Shown here one piece after another: positions 62,869 through 64,000 of a DNA stretch of 64,000 nt. Numbering within the stretch: the first letter of the stretch is position 1; each line of letters opens with the position of its first letter. This DNA is from a virus (Duplodnaviria > Heunggongvirae > Uroviricota > Caudoviricetes), in IMG/VR virus record IMGVR_UViG_3300025288_001461; one strand, 5' to 3'. Below the pieces are notes generated by a model. The model saw nothing but the letters and a program-made list of their open reading frames with translations, did no database searches and had not been told where the DNA came from. A program made the position numbers and the translations under genes.

Positions 62869-64000
62869 AATGAAGAAAGCTAAAGTCGTAATTGGTTCTG
62901 CTTATGGCGATGAGGGAAAGGGTGTTATTACAGATTATCTAAGTTCACAAGATGAAGAAAGTATTGTGATTAGGTTTAATGGTGGTGCACAAGCTGGCCA
63001 TACTGTAGTAACACCAGATGGTAAAAGGCACGTATTTGGACATTTTGCTTCAAATAGTTTCTTACCAAATGCGACTACAGTTTTATCTGAATTTTTTGTG
63101 GTTAACCCATTATTGTTTAAGAAGGAAAAACAAGCCTTAGAAAATTTTGGTGTTAACCCTACTGTTTTTATTCACGAAGATGCATATATAACGACTCCTT
63201 TTGAGATGATTTTAAATCAATGGGTGGAAGATAGTCGAGGAGCAAATAGGCATGGTTCTTGTGGTGTTGGTTTTGGTGAAACAATTGCAAGAGAAGAGGT
63301 TGGAGGCATTACTTTTAAAATGAAAGATATAAGTAATAGGGATTTGCTTTTATCAGTTAGGAATTATTTCTTACAAAGGGTTAAAGAGTTAGGATTAGAA
63401 GATGTTTTAAGTTCTAACAGGTTTTTAATTGAAGATTCATTTATTGATAAATTTTATGATGATTTAATTAAAATATTAGCTGATGTAAAACAGTTTTCAA
63501 ATAAATTGCCTGATTCAAATAATATTGTTTTTGAAGGTGCCCAAGGATTACTTCTTGATCAAAAATTTGGATTCTTCCCTCATGTAACAAGGTCGAATAC
63601 GGGATTGAAAAATGTAGTAAGTTTATCAAAAAAATATAATATTGATACTCTAGATGTATTTTATGCTTCAAGATGTTATTCCACAAGACATGGTGCCGGA
63701 CCATTAAAAAATGCATTAAATAATAAGCCATATAAAGGAATTACAGACTTAACAAATATTCCAAATCAATACCAGGGAAATTTAAGGTTTGCCTATCTAG
63801 ATTTAGATATTCTAAAGTCAACAATAGATGTAGATAAGGAATCAGTTAATGCAGTTTTGGATGGGATTAATGTAAATACAAATATTGGAATTACATGTTT
63901 AAATCAATCTGAAGAAATAATCTTTTATTACAATAATATATTACATAAAGAAAAGAACAAAGATTTCACTAAGTTTCTTTCAGATATATTTTATTTAAAT
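62869..64000 (+). CDS. adenylosuccinate synthetase-like (PurA-family) protein, divergent; 3' end beyond window
   Basis: GGAG RBS, then ATG at 62869. Motifs GSAYGDEGKGV (P-loop GDEGKG), FNGGAQAGHTV, FEGAQGLLLD, YSTRHGAGP all align with AdSS blocks, but several substrate-contact residues differ from canonical PurA. Open to the window end. Confidence 0.7.

Noticed and set aside
1-64000. Stop-codon reassignment (TAA/TAG as sense) to explain in-frame stops
   Set aside because: Most long conserved genes (clpX, smpB, rseP, proS, photolyase, helicase) are intact and end in ordinary TAA/TAG/TGA stops. In-frame stops are rare and co-occur with frameshifts, so pseudogenisation is the simpler explanation.
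1-64000. CRISPR arrays, rRNA and tRNA genes
   Set aside because: No regular direct-repeat/spacer array seen. The only tRNA-like T-arm/acceptor sequence is the tmRNA. No rRNA-like conserved blocks noticed.

Overview
This is an AT-rich bacterial chromosomal segment with about 70 plausible genes on both strands (I estimate roughly 25-30% G+C by eye). I could not run any search, so every protein call rests on motifs I recognised in the supplied translations.

Housekeeping anchors: clpX (53108-54337, -), smpB (48628-49071, -), a circularly permuted two-piece tmRNA gene ssrA (~27346-27661, -), an RseP-type M50 protease, a compact proS without the editing insertion, a photolyase, an M3 oligopeptidase, a rhomboid protease and a LolD/LolCE-like ABC pair. 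The permuted ssrA and the insertion-less ProRS point to an alphaproteobacterium.

The genome looks host-associated and decaying. There are many pseudogenes (single in-frame TAA/TAG stops and frameshifts in the kpsC-like, vWA, methyltransferase-like and TrpF-like genes), long non-coding stretches, dispersed GC-rich palindromic repeats, and secreted or eukaryote-like proteins (S8 autotransporter, secreted NUC nuclease, class I PDE-like protein, J-domain and vWA proteins).

Accessory highlights:
- a DUF4011-like SF1 helicase with a C-terminal Vsr/DUF559-like nuclease, in an operon immediately downstream of ssrA;
- a J-domain / vWA / adenylosuccinate-synthetase-like operon with its own promoter at the right edge (last gene cut by the window end);
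- a HExxH protein / photolyase / deoxyribosyltransferase-like / MazG-like co-directional cluster;
- two tandem 48-aa paralogous ORFs missed by the 60-aa ORF track.

I saw no rRNA, tRNA or CRISPR array.
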